In this document: positions 39,217-50,875 of the stretch, piece after piece
Layout of the letters: every line of letters starts with the position of its first letter
Numbering within the stretch: the stretch's first letter is position 1
Assembly: GCA_028826165.1 (NCBI GenBank)
Contig: JAPDFW010000070.1
Span: 1,426,001 to 1,490,000 of the forward strand
DNA length: 64,000 nt
Direction of reading: 5' to 3'
From: Anaeramoeba ignava BMAN
Taxonomy: Eukaryota > Protista > Anaeramoebae
Made by a program: the position numbers and the translations under genes
The notes under the pieces: model-generated
What the model saw: only the letters and a program-made list of their open reading frames with translations
The model's database searches: none
What the model was told of the DNA's origin: nothing

Positions 39217-42200
39217 TCATTTTGTTTGTTTTAAAAAATCAACAGATTTTCGTGAACGTAATAAATTGGAATAAGAAACCTTTGATTTTAAAACTCCAGA
39301 TAATTTCAAAAAAGTATAATTTGATGATTTTTTCAAATGATTTAATTTGTTTTCCAAATCATTTTCAGAATTTTCAGAATTTTCAGAATTTTCAAGGGAA
39401 ATATCATCAATTTTATCAAGATCAACACCTTCAATTTGAAGAGAATGAAAAGCATTTGAATAATTTGATCGAGTTTTTGGATTTCTGTTGGAATGATGAA
39501 GGGATTTTTGAGAATGAAACATTTGATTATTCTCTTTTTGAAAATTTGAATGATTTTGAATTGAATTTTGAGAATTTGATTCCAAATCAAGATCACTTAA
39601 CTCAATTCCATCGATTTGAATTTGAGAAGAATTTTTTGGAAAATGAACTAAAGAATCCATGAATTGATTCATTTCTTTTTTTTCTTGATTTTTCAACTTT
39701 TTTTGCTTTGATTTAAAAATGCATACACGCAAAGGAGAATAAAAGAGAGAAAGAAGAAGAAAACTGAAGCAAATGAAGCAAGAAAGAAGAAGAAAAAGAG
39801 CTGAAAGAAGAGAATCCGGTTTGAGTTTGTCAGTTACAATAAGAAGCGCAATAAAAAGAATAATCGAGTTATTGAGTCGAAACACGATGTCCATGAAATG
39901 CTCCAAATTATCTGACCAAGGATGAGCAAAAATGGCGACAAGCGCAAAAAAAACGATGATTGAAAATGTGATTGAAATTAAAATAGTAACTTCAAAAGGA
40001 AGCACAGTTAGCAATAAAATCAGAAACTTTTCCATCATTTGAATCACTTTGAAATATCGATATTTGCGTTTATATGGCGAATAAAGATAGGATTGCGCGC
40101 ATTTATATTTTCGCGCTGCGATTATATATTTCTTCTCTGTTTGTTTTTTCTTCTTTTTAATTTCTTCCTTTTCCTTTTGATTCAATTTTTTCGATTTCTT
40201 TTGCATTTGTGAAATTTCTTTCAAATCATTTGAAATTCCAAAAGAATTATCAATTTCCTTAACAACTTTTCTAATCGTAAAAATGAAAAAGAGAGGGATT
40301 CCAAAAACGTAAATGAATCCAAAAATCAATGAAAGCCATTGAATTGCGGAAAAAGATTTAATTGAATTGGGACAGTTTTCATCTGGACGAAGAATCAATT
40401 TTTTGTGGTCGTCATCGCACTTGAAGTTGTACAAAATGATGCGAATTAATGGGAGATAAAAAATTGTTAATAGAAATAAAGTCACTCTTTGTTTGTATTT
40501 TACAAGAGAATACCAATACTTTTCTTTTGTGTATTTTTTGCGGAAAATTATTGCGTTGATGAAAAAGATCACCGCGATTAGAGTTATAAAAGTGATGCAA
40601 AAAATCATCATTGAACGCTGGAATGTTGTCAATGATTTGCTTTGTGAAATAAAAGCTGGAGGAATTGCAAATATGCAAATTGCAATCGAAATGATTGAGA
40701 GACAGAACCAAATCAAGAAAATGAAAAATTTTGTTTTTTTCCAATTTTCCACATAGATTCGGATCCATTTCGATTTGTTAAATCTCCAAAAATATAAAAG
40801 TAAAATCAGTATTGGAATCACCATAAAAATGATGAAGTTTGCTGTTTGTAATGAGAAAGACATATCCACTCCAAAAACAATCATCAAATAGTTAAAATCA
40901 ATATCAAAAGGAAAAACAATTAAGGAAACATTTTTGAAAGATTCGGGCCAATATTTCTCACTGATTGAAGAAACAAATAACCCCACAAACTGCAAGAAAT
41001 TTATAACAATTTCCAGTTTGTTGATGAATTTTCCCTTTGGTTGAAGAAAAGAGGATTTGAGCACTTTTCCTGTCGCGTTCAAAGAAAATCCATCTCGATT
41101 TGTTCCTGGAAATTTCTCAAGTGTTGTTTTTGTTTGTGCATTTGAAGTTCGGATTGGAATTCCCAGTGTTTTGCACAATATCTTTTTTTTGTTGGGGAAT
41201 TGCATATTGCAAATTGGCTGTTTGATTTGTTTCAGTTTGATCTTGGAGATTTTCTTCTTGAGCTTTTCGGATATATTGGGGAAAGTTCATAACGATATTA
41301 TCAATTGCAATTCCAACTCCAACAAATTTATCAATTGTGCCTTTTTCCTCAAGTTCTAATGCATAAGCTCTTTGAGATAAACTGATCACAACTCCATCGA
41401 GTGATTGCAATGTTGGGATTGCATTTATTACAATAAATCGGTAATTGGGAATACTTTCCCAATAATTTCCATACATTTTCAGATCTACGATTGGGAGTTG
41501 TGATAAAAGATTGAGGATTGGTTGAAACAAATCCGAATCAAGTTGTTTATTCGAAACATCAATATCCGAAATTTGATTTGGATTTCCAATCATTCCGTTG
41601 GTCATTTCTTCCAGCTTCTTGCAAACAAACAAGTATCTTGGATCTAATGGAAATGGATTTTTCAGATCATCGACAGAATCGAGAACTGCAATTTGTGAAC
41701 AAACAAATTCCAAATATTTATGCGGATCCGATGTTTTCGATTTTTCTTTTGTGGATTGCTTCAGAAAAAGCTTCCTTAGTTGAACCAGAGGAACGAGGAA
41801 ATGTATAATGAATTCCAGGGAAGAGAATTCGTTGTTTCGTAAATTTAATTCTTGTAAATTATTCAAATTTTGGATTCCATCAAGATTTATGAGTTTGTTG
41901 TTACTTAAATCGAGCTTGATTAAATTACTTGTAAATTGCTGGATTCCGAAAAGATTTGAAAAACCAAAATCAGCAAAATCCAAAATTTGTGAATTTTCCA
42001 AAATTTGTTTCCGATATACGATTAAAGATAACCTATTATTTTCGAGATTGCCATATGCTCTGTTTTTTTTACGTGAATACTCTGTCAATCCAGAACAAAT
42101 TTCTTTGATTTCAATCTCATTTCCATTCAATTTTTGAAGTGCAGATTTTGTTGTAAAAACAGAAGGAAAAAATCTGAAAAATTGTATTCGAGATTCTTTT

Positions 42201-45200
42201 GTTTCATTGAGATAGCAAGGATTTCCCAGTATGAAAATTGAAATTAGAGAAGAAATCCCATTCAAATAACCGCAAACAAATTTTAAGTGTTTAAATAAAT
42301 TCCACGACAAATCAAGTTCTTCTAAATTTTGCAAAGTATCTAATTTTGAATTTGTAAGTGAATTTTCTGTTAATTTGTTTCCTTGTAAAGAAATCTTCTT
42401 TAACATTGAAAGAGAAGAAAAATCAATTTTGATCAGTTTTGATGAAGAAAGATCAATTTCTTCAATTTTCATTTTATCATCTTTTGTAATCTGTGGAATT
42501 CTGCGAAACACAGTTGCAACAAAACGAAATTCTTCAAAATCAGCAAAATTCGCATTTTTGTTGATTTTTTGTTGTGTATAAAGATCCCAAGATTGGGCAA
42601 TTTCATCAATGGTAATTTCAATTCCATCAAGTTCTCTTAGAGGACTGTGAACATTTCTGAGCTGTTTGAGATGATCAATCATTTTGGGTCTATATTTCGT
42701 ATTTGTTTTGGAGGAAAATTTATTTCCCAAAAGACCTAATGAAATCAATTTTGGAAGAGATTGAGTTAACTCCACAATTTCGGTCATATCGGAGAGTTTA
42801 TTATTACGCAAATCTAATACACGAAGAGTATCTCTTGCGGCTTCAATCCCAAAAATTGATTTTGCAGTTTGTAGTATGTTGTTGTGAAAAAGAAAGATTT
42901 CGAGTTGAACAAACTCAGAAATATCAACTGAAGAAAGTTGAGAAAAGGAAAGATCAAGTTCCGTTATTTGATTCAATTCCATATTTTGTGGAGTGCGAAG
43001 AAACATGGCTGATTCAATCCTTAATGTTTCAAGATCTTTTTCTGGAGCTCCTGAGTATTTCCATGCTTCAATCCTCTCCTTCAATTCTATTGGATAATCA
43101 AGAACTTGCAATCTACATTTCACTTCACGAAGGCATTGAATTGAAGAAAGCAATTTTATTCGCGATTTTCTTTGTTTCATACACGGATTTCCTGAAAGAA
43201 AGATCATTTCTAAGTTTTTTAATGAGTCAATTAATTCTCCAATTTTCAAAAGAGAATCTGCAATTAAATTGTTTTTTGCATCCAAAATTCGCAAATTTGG
43301 TAATCCATTCAATCCAATTTTCACTAATTGTTTGATACGATTGTTTGAAATGTTGAGTTTTTCAAGATTCACAAAGGAATTAAAGTTTGTTCCAGTATTT
43401 GAAAGACCTAAATCTTTGAAGCATTCAATTTCTGTAATTTCAGAAACTTGAATTTCATTGCTTATCTTTTTGACTTTTTCAGGTGAAAATTGTTGTTGAT
43501 CGAAAGGAATGGCTTTCATCATGATGGCTAAGGAAAACCTGTATTGTTCAACTCCTTTTTTATCATAATTTTTGTGGTGATATTTTGATAAAGCATCAAT
43601 TCTCTCGTCAAAACGAATGATTGAATAATCGAGAGTTGATAATTGGGGATGATGAATAAGAAGAGAGCCTACAACTTGAATTCGGTAATTTTGATTATGA
43701 ACTGATAAATATTGTGTGTTTTTTTTCTTTTTCTTCTTGCTTGGTTGTGGAATCTCTCGATCAAATGCAAACGAAACGGATATTAATTCATGTGATTTTT
43801 GAAGCTGGCGAAGAACAGAAGAGAGTTGAAGTTGGGGATTTCCTGATAAATCAAGTAATTGTAAATGCTTCAATTCATCAAGACCTTGAACATTTATAAT
43901 TTGATTATTGGAAAGAACCAAAACTTTCAAAGATGGAAATTTCCCAACCGAGATAAAAGATAAATCATTTTGGATCTTCATTTCTTGGATTTGAGAAGTA
44001 AAATTTGGGATATTTCTTAATTGATAATGTCCAAATTCTTTAATTTGAGTCAAGTTCCATCGAATCATTGAGACTTCAAATTGATGGAAATTTCCCTAAA
44101 TGAAGAATAAGAAAAAAAATTTTCAAGATGAATTTTTTAGTTTGCTTTTCTTGATCAAATTAGAAGAAAAAATGTTTGATTTTCATACAATCTTATACAA
44201 AGATTCGAGATACTCTTCCATTGTTACATTTTTCTTATCAAGAGTAAGTAATCCTGGTTGATGATTCGAACCTTTTAAATTACGACAATGATAAATGATA
44301 TGTAATCTATAATTATCTTTCAATTTATTTCCCATCAAACGCAGATTTTGGAGAGAAGGACAAAAGGGAAGCACTCGGAATATATTCTTCTTTAATTTAT
44401 TATGGTTGAGATTTATGGTCGTGAGTTTTGCACAATTTTCAATTCCACTTCCATTTAAGGAAGTTAATAAATTCTTTCGAAGATTAAGATATTGAAGAGA
44501 TGTTAAAGATCCAATATGAATTTCAGTCAATTGTTGATTTGGAAGATTGAGTTTAACAATGTTTTGTGGATACCATCCAGGAGAGACTCGAATTTCTGGA
44601 ATGGAAAGTAAAGCGTATTCCCATCGAATGATTTCAAAATAGCGTTTGATTTCTTTTGTTCCATATTTTTTGATCGATTCCATTTTTTGGTCAATCGAAA
44701 CTTCATCACCATTTAATGAAAAAATTCTTGGAGTGTTTGCAATAATCTAAATCAACAAAAGATTTTTTGTTGAAAAAAAAATGAATTTGTTTGATTTGTT
44801 TTTTTTTTGGGATTCAAAAAAAGAAATGGTGAATAATTACAATATATTTCCATTCTTCTCTTTTACAAATGGGATTTCCAGAAAGATCTAAAATTTCAAT
44901 TTTGGGACTTTTTTTAAGGAATATAATTGTATTTTTGATTCTTGAAATTTGATTATTTTGCAAATCGCAAATGCGAAGTAACTCCAAATGAGTAAGAAAA
45001 GATAAAGATTCTATTCCACAATTTTGGAGAATAAGAATTTCAAGAGCATTAAATTGATTAATTTGATTTAACAAAGAAGCAGATTGCATTTGGCCTAATG
45101 GAAGATTTACAAAAGAAATGCAAGAAATAATTTTTGAGTTAGCTTGATTAATTTTGTTTGGATTTGTTAATTTCTCTTCTTTTGGGATATCTTCTTCAAA

Positions 45201-45605
45201 TCGAAGTGGAGAAGAATCATCACTAAAAAAATCTGGAACAAAATGAAGAAAGGATCTATTTTTTCTTTCTTGATTATATTTTTGAATATCAAATCCAAGA
45301 GGTTCTAAACCAAATGCAGGTTCTTCAAAAGAAATCATATTTTTATCAATATTGATTTGAATAGTTGGCTTCATTCCTTTATGTATATCTTGATTTTGTT
45401 TTTCAAAAGGATTTTGAACTTGAATTTTTTGTGAATTTTGTTTTAATTCTGGAAGTTTGTAAAGTTTTGATTGCTCGAAATTGATATTATCAATTTTCTG
45501 AGTTTGATTTGGAATTTCAATTTCTTTTTCAATTTCTTTTTCTTCAATAATACTTAAATCTGAACTTAATTGATTTCTTTCAAATGAATTTGAATTACTT
45601 TTCAT
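39217..45605 (-). CDS. Large LRR/LRRcap multi-module protein, probably fused to a ~10-TM membrane domain (~2,000 aa)
   Basis: Three LRR exons are joined by GT-AG introns (~44748-44837 and ~44097-44187), with repeated LxGNP..YR....P.L..LD caps. The TM ORF 39217..41205 overlaps the LRR ORF in the +1 frame; the junction is unresolved. Confidence 0.7.
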
Positions 45606-45739
45606 TTTCAATTTCTAAAATTAAGTGCAAAAAAGCAATAATAAAATGAAAAGAAAATTTTTTTCTTCATTTAAACTCCAAATCATTTTTTTTAACAAAA
45701 TTGACATTGAATTTTGACATTGAATTTTGACATTGATTT

Positions 45740-46590
45740 TAAATTTGTTTATGTTTATGTTTTTGTTTTTAAATTTGATTTTAATTCATTTTAAATTTGA
45801 ATTTAATTTTGTTTTTGTTTCTGTTTATGTTTTTGTTTCTGTTTTTGTTTATGTTTTTATTTATGTTTCTGTTTATGTTTTTATTTATGTTTCTGTTTAT
45901 GTTTTTATTTATGTTTCTGTTTTTAAATTTGATTTTAATTCATTTTAAATTTGAATTTAAATTTGTTTATGTTTTTATTTATGTTTCTGTTTTTGTTTAT
46001 GTTTATGTTTTTATTTATGTTTATATTTATGTTTATATTTATGTTTTTGTTTATGTTTATATTTATGTTTTTGTTTATGTTTTTGTTTATGTTTATGTTT
46101 TTATTTATGTTTATATTTATGTTTCTGTTTATGTTTTTGTTTTTATTTATGTTTCTGTTTTTAAATTTGATTTTAATTCATTTTAAATTTGAATTTAAAT
46201 TTGTTTATGTTTTTATTTATGTTTCTGTTTTTGAATTTAATTTTGTTTATGTTTTTATTTATGTTTCTGTTTTTAAATTTGATTTTAATTCATTTTAATT
46301 CATTTAATTTTGTTTTTGTTTATATTTATGTTTAAAAAATTTGAAAAATTTTTAAATTTTAATTTTTTTGTTTTTTCTTCTTTTTGTTTATGTTTCAAAT
46401 GAATCAACCAATAGTTCAAGATGTTTATGTTTTTTAATTTTGTTTATAAAAATGAGATGTTTATGTTTTTTGTTTTTTTTTGTTTATGTTTTTATTTATG
46501 TTTATGTTTTTAAAAATATTTTAAACATGTTTTTGTTTTTGTTTACTTTTTGTTTTGTTTTTGTTTCTGTTTCTAAATGTATTTGGGAAA
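45740..46590. repeat. GTTTAT/GTTTTT/GTTTCT compound repeat with internal duplications
   Basis: Visible array between divergent genes. Confidence 0.85.
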
Positions 46591-46655
46591 GAAAAAAAAT
46601 GAAAAATTTTTAAATTTTAATTTTTTCATTTTTTTTTTTCTTCTTTTTTTCTCAA

Positions 46656-48436
46656 ATGAATCAACCAATTTAAAAATAAAAAAAGAGATGAAAAATTTTC
46701 TGATTTATTTAAAAAAAAAGAATTAATTCGTTTAATTGATGTAAATTTTAAAAAATAAAAAATAAAAAATAATTTTCATTTTAAAAACTGATCTTTTAAA
46801 TTAAAGTCTGTAAATTTTCTTACTTTATTTTTTGGAACAATTTTTTTCATTCAATTCCATATTTATTTTTATTTAGGAAGTAAAAAATCAAATTTAAATC
46901 AAAATTTTTCTTTTTCTTCTTATTTTGTTTCTCATTTGAATTTTCTGTTTTAGAAAAATAATTTACTTCATTTAGCTTGTGAACAAGTTGTTGGACTTCC
47001 AATAACACAAAATCTAATACAACTTGGAATTCCAATTAATGCTCAAAATGTAAAAAAATTAAACCGAAAAAAAAAGCACTCATTAATTTTGAAATTTTTT
47101 CATTTATTCAAATTTTAATTTAGATTGTTTGCTATTTCAATTCTTTTTTTTTTCTTAATAAATTAATTTGGAAAACAAATTTGGATTTTTTTTATAATCA
47201 TTTCATTTAAAATAGTGGGTTAATTTTTTTGAAATTTTTTTGACATAAAAAAAAGAAAATTTTAATTTGAAAAAAAATCATTTGAATTTTTTTGTTATTA
47301 AAAAGGGATATACCCCTTTACATTTTGCATGTTGGAAAGAATCAGATGATGATGTGATTCAACTTCTTTTAGTTTCAGGAGCGGAAACAAATATTGCGAA
47401 TGTAAATATAAAATTCAAATATAATTTATAATTTATAATTTATAATTTATAATTTATAATTAGAAAGTAATTCGATATTTTTTTTGAATTTGAATTTTAT
47501 AGAGATTTTTAAAAAATTCCCAAATTTTTTAGCATGTATTTTTAGAAAAATTGAATTTAAAATTGAATTTAAAATTGAACTTAAAATTGAACTTAATATT
47601 GAATGATTTAGAATAAAAGACCAGAAGATCTTACAATAAACCAAAAAAAGAAAGAATTAATCGCAGGATTTAATGGAATAACAGGAGATATGCTTCATTT
47701 ATTTGAAGAAGATGACAATCAAGATATCACAATTAATTGTATTGATGGGAAAATACAAGCACATAGTTTAATTTTGCAAGTAAGATTTGGAGAAAATTAT
47801 CACAAAGCCTTGCAAATATTCAGATTGAAGAAAAAGGAATTAATTGAATCATTTCTGAGAGTGATTTATTCAGGATTTATTCACAACAAAGAGCAATTTG
47901 ATGCTATTCAAGCTCTTGGAAATGAAATTGGAATTGATATTTCAAGTAAAATTGGAAGAAATGGAGTTGTGAAAGATTTGAAAATATTGTACAATCAAGA
48001 AGAAACAAAGGATTTCACAATCATTGTTCAAACTAAAAAATTCCGAATTCACAAATTAATATTAATTGCAAGAAGTGAATTATATCGAGGAATGTTTTTA
48101 TTAAACAAAAATGATACTTCAAATGAAGTCAATGATTACTCTGAGAAATCAGCAATTGTTATTCAGGCTTTGATTCAATATTTGTACACTGATGAATTGC
48201 CAGATGATATCCCAAAAGAACTTGTTCCAGAACTCGAAGATATTGTTGATTACTATCAATTAAATCCAAATTCTTCTTTTAATTTTCAACTTGAGAAATA
48301 TAAAATGAAATATAATTTAAATGATTTGAATACAAACCAAGAAAATACACAATTCACTCAGCAACAAAATCAAAACCATGATCAATTTATTAGTGAATCA
48401 AAAAAAGATGATCGTTCATTATGTATGATTTTATGA
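46656..48436 (+). CDS. Ankyrin-repeat + tandem BTB protein with C-terminal CaaL (CMIL); start uncertain
   Basis: Exons KNNLLHLAC..INAQN and GYTPLHFACW..GAETNIAN (ankyrin); AHSLILQVR and IHKLILIARSELYRGMF..LIQYLYTD (two BTBs). Confidence 0.8.
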
Positions 48437-48532
48437 ATTTTTTTATTTTCTCACTTTTTTTTTTTTGTTTTTTTTTTTGAATCATTTTGATCAATAAAAG
48501 AAAAAGAAAGAAAACAAATTTCATTTAATTAA

Positions 48533-50731
48533 TTAATTAATTAATTCATTTTCTTGAATTGGATCATTTTCTAATAAAGTTTCTTCTCTTTTCCTTTCTT
48601 TTTTTCGAAACCGAATCAAAATCACAATTCCAACAATTAGAAAAATCACAAAAGGAATTCCTAATCCAAAAACAAGTTTCAAAGTTTTATTCTTGACATT
48701 TCCAGCATAAGCAACTTTAGCACGTTGAGTTGTGTTAATTTGGATGATTTCACTTGGAGCTGAATAAACTGTTACATAAATGAATTGTTTTAGGGTATCC
48801 AAAAGAGCTGTTGATAAATGATTAAAACAATATAAAGATAAATCAATTGATTCATTCAAAGTAAAAGTGGAAAGATCCATTTCATAAAGAATAGGAACAC
48901 TAGAAGCAGCAAGAAAAGCTAATTGGCGATAATAATCAATCCTTATAAAAACGCCTAATGTTGATCCAGTACCAAAATTAAGCGAATCAACTCTGGTAAA
49001 ACTTTGCAAATCAACTTTAATTATGAGCTGAGGTTTTGAATATGTTACAAAATATCCAAATTTATTTAAAGGATCAATTTCAGATACTGTTATATAGCCT
49101 TCATTTTCATTCAACTCAATTGTATCAACTCGAGCGAAAGTATCCAAATCAATTTTGAGTATTTTTCCTGGATTGGATTCACAAGTAAAATAAGCGTTTT
49201 GGTTTGATTCATCAATTAATGCGGTGAATAAATATCCTTCGTTTTCATTCAACTGAATTGAATCAACTCGAGTAAAAGTATCCAAATCAATTTTGACAAT
49301 AACTCCAGGATTAGTATACAATCCAAAATATGCGAATCCATTATTTTGATCTATAATATTTGAAAAAGAGTAATTTTCATCCTTGTTGAATTGGAATGAA
49401 TCAACATGAGTAAATGTATCCAAATCAATTTTGGCAATAATTCCAGGATTTGTAATCATTGAGAAGTATAAAAATCCTCTTTTTTCATCAATCAATGATC
49501 CAATAATTTTATCCTCTCGATTTTCAAAATGAATTGAATCAATATATGACATTGTAGAGATATTGACTCTTGATATTGTTGCATAAACATCATTGGAGCC
49601 AAAATATCCCAAACCTCTTTGCGAATCAAACACAGAAGTTATTACAAAATTATCTCCAATTGCCAACATAAGGGAGTCAACTTGAGAAAAATCTGTAAGA
49701 TTAATCTTGGAAATTTCTGCAGGCGATGTTTCCAATCCCAAATAAAGAAAACCATTAAAATCATCCCAAATTGTTGATAAAATGATGGTTCTAGTCAAAT
49801 TAGAATATTGACAAACTTCAAATTTCTCAAGATCCAATTTGGAGATGATTCTATTTCCAAATTCAGAAATAAAATACGCATAAGAAGCATTACGATTGAT
49901 GTAACTAAATTCAATATAAGCATAAGTAGAAATCAATGATGTTGAATTAATCAATGAAAAGTCTGTGAGATTGATTTTGGCGACAGAAGCTGGAACATTA
50001 GGATAAACAAGATAGCCAATTTGGTTTTTTTCATCAATCATCAAATTGGAAAGAGAATTAGTTGTATTAAATGTAACTGAATCAACCAGTGTCAAATTTG
50101 GAAGTGAAAACCTGAGGATAAAACAAGGAATAGTTGCAGAACCCAAATAAAGAAAATTCTTTGAGTAATCAATCACTGAAGTTTTGATTGTCATTCCTTG
50201 TTGTTCAATATCAATGTAGTCATAATAACCCCAATTATCAAGATCAACTCTTAAAATTTTGGATTGAAGTGCGTTTTGAAAAGTATAGTAAATTTTGTGT
50301 GAATTAAGATCCATTACTCCTTGTATTGAAGTGTATTGTGTTCCAGGAAATGTGATGTTTCCAATACAAGAAAATGTTTCAAGATCAATTTTGAAAATTA
50401 CAAAAGTTGTTAAAGTTGAAATGTAAAGAAAATTTTCTTTTGTATCAATTAACATTGTTTTTGGATTTGTTGTATTTTCATCTCCAATAATAATTGACCC
50501 AATTCTTTCAAAATTTTTCAAATCAATTTTTACTAATAAAATTGGTTGTGTTTCTGTTGCGAAATATCCTAAATTTTTTGTTTCATCAAAACATGATTTT
50601 GTAATTTGATTTTCTTGAATTGGAAGTGAAAGAAGTTTTAAAAATTCAAGTTGACTTTTTGTTGAAGGAAAAATTAATAATAATAATAATAATAAAGTTA
50701 AAAGAAAAGAAAAAAATTGAATAAATTTCAT
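48533..50731 (-). CDS. Type I membrane protein: signal peptide, 14 beta-propeller-like repeats, TM helix, short tail; intronless
   Basis: MKFIQFFSFLLTLLLLLL signal; ~44-aa repeats (IDExNGFAYFG..PG.IVKIDLDTFTRVDSI); TM LVFGLGIPFVIFLIVGIVILI followed by RFRKK. Confidence 0.85.
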   Translation of the reverse strand: MKFIQFFSFLLTLLLLLLLIFPSTKSQLEFLKLLSLPIQENQITKSCFDETKNLGYFATETQPILLVKIDLKNFERIGSIIIGDENTTNPKTMLIDTKENFLYISTLTTFVIFKIDLETFSCIGNITFPGTQYTSIQGVMDLNSHKIYYTFQNALQSKILRVDLDNWGYYDYIDIEQQGMTIKTSVIDYSKNFLYLGSATIPCFILRFSLPNLTLVDSVTFNTTNSLSNLMIDEKNQIGYLVYPNVPASVAKINLTDFSLINSTSLISTYAYIEFSYINRNASYAYFISEFGNRIISKLDLEKFEVCQYSNLTRTIILSTIWDDFNGFLYLGLETSPAEISKINLTDFSQVDSLMLAIGDNFVITSVFDSQRGLGYFGSNDVYATISRVNISTMSYIDSIHFENREDKIIGSLIDEKRGFLYFSMITNPGIIAKIDLDTFTHVDSFQFNKDENYSFSNIIDQNNGFAYFGLYTNPGVIVKIDLDTFTRVDSIQLNENEGYLFTALIDESNQNAYFTCESNPGKILKIDLDTFARVDTIELNENEGYITVSEIDPLNKFGYFVTYSKPQLIIKVDLQSFTRVDSLNFGTGSTLGVFIRIDYYRQLAFLAASSVPILYEMDLSTFTLNESIDLSLYCFNHLSTALLDTLKQFIYVTVYSAPSEIIQINTTQRAKVAYAGNVKNKTLKLVFGLGIPFVIFLIVGIVILIRFRKKERKREETLLENDPIQENELIN

Positions 50732-50875
50732 TTTAAAAATGAAAAAAAAAATGAAAAAAATAAATTTAAAAGCAAAAAAATTTTTTTTTTTTAACTTTGT
50801 TTAATCAAAAAATCAATTTAAAAAAAAAATCCAAATTAAAAATTAAAAATTAAAAATTAAAAATAAATATACATT

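Noticed and set aside
39600-45000. Higher-GC segment as a horizontally acquired island
   Set aside because: It has spliceosomal introns, and similar GC rises occur in other exons (DUF547, DENND6).
45697-45736. Triple TTGACA as bacterial -35 boxes
   Set aside because: A 13-bp tandem triplication in a eukaryotic gene-start region.
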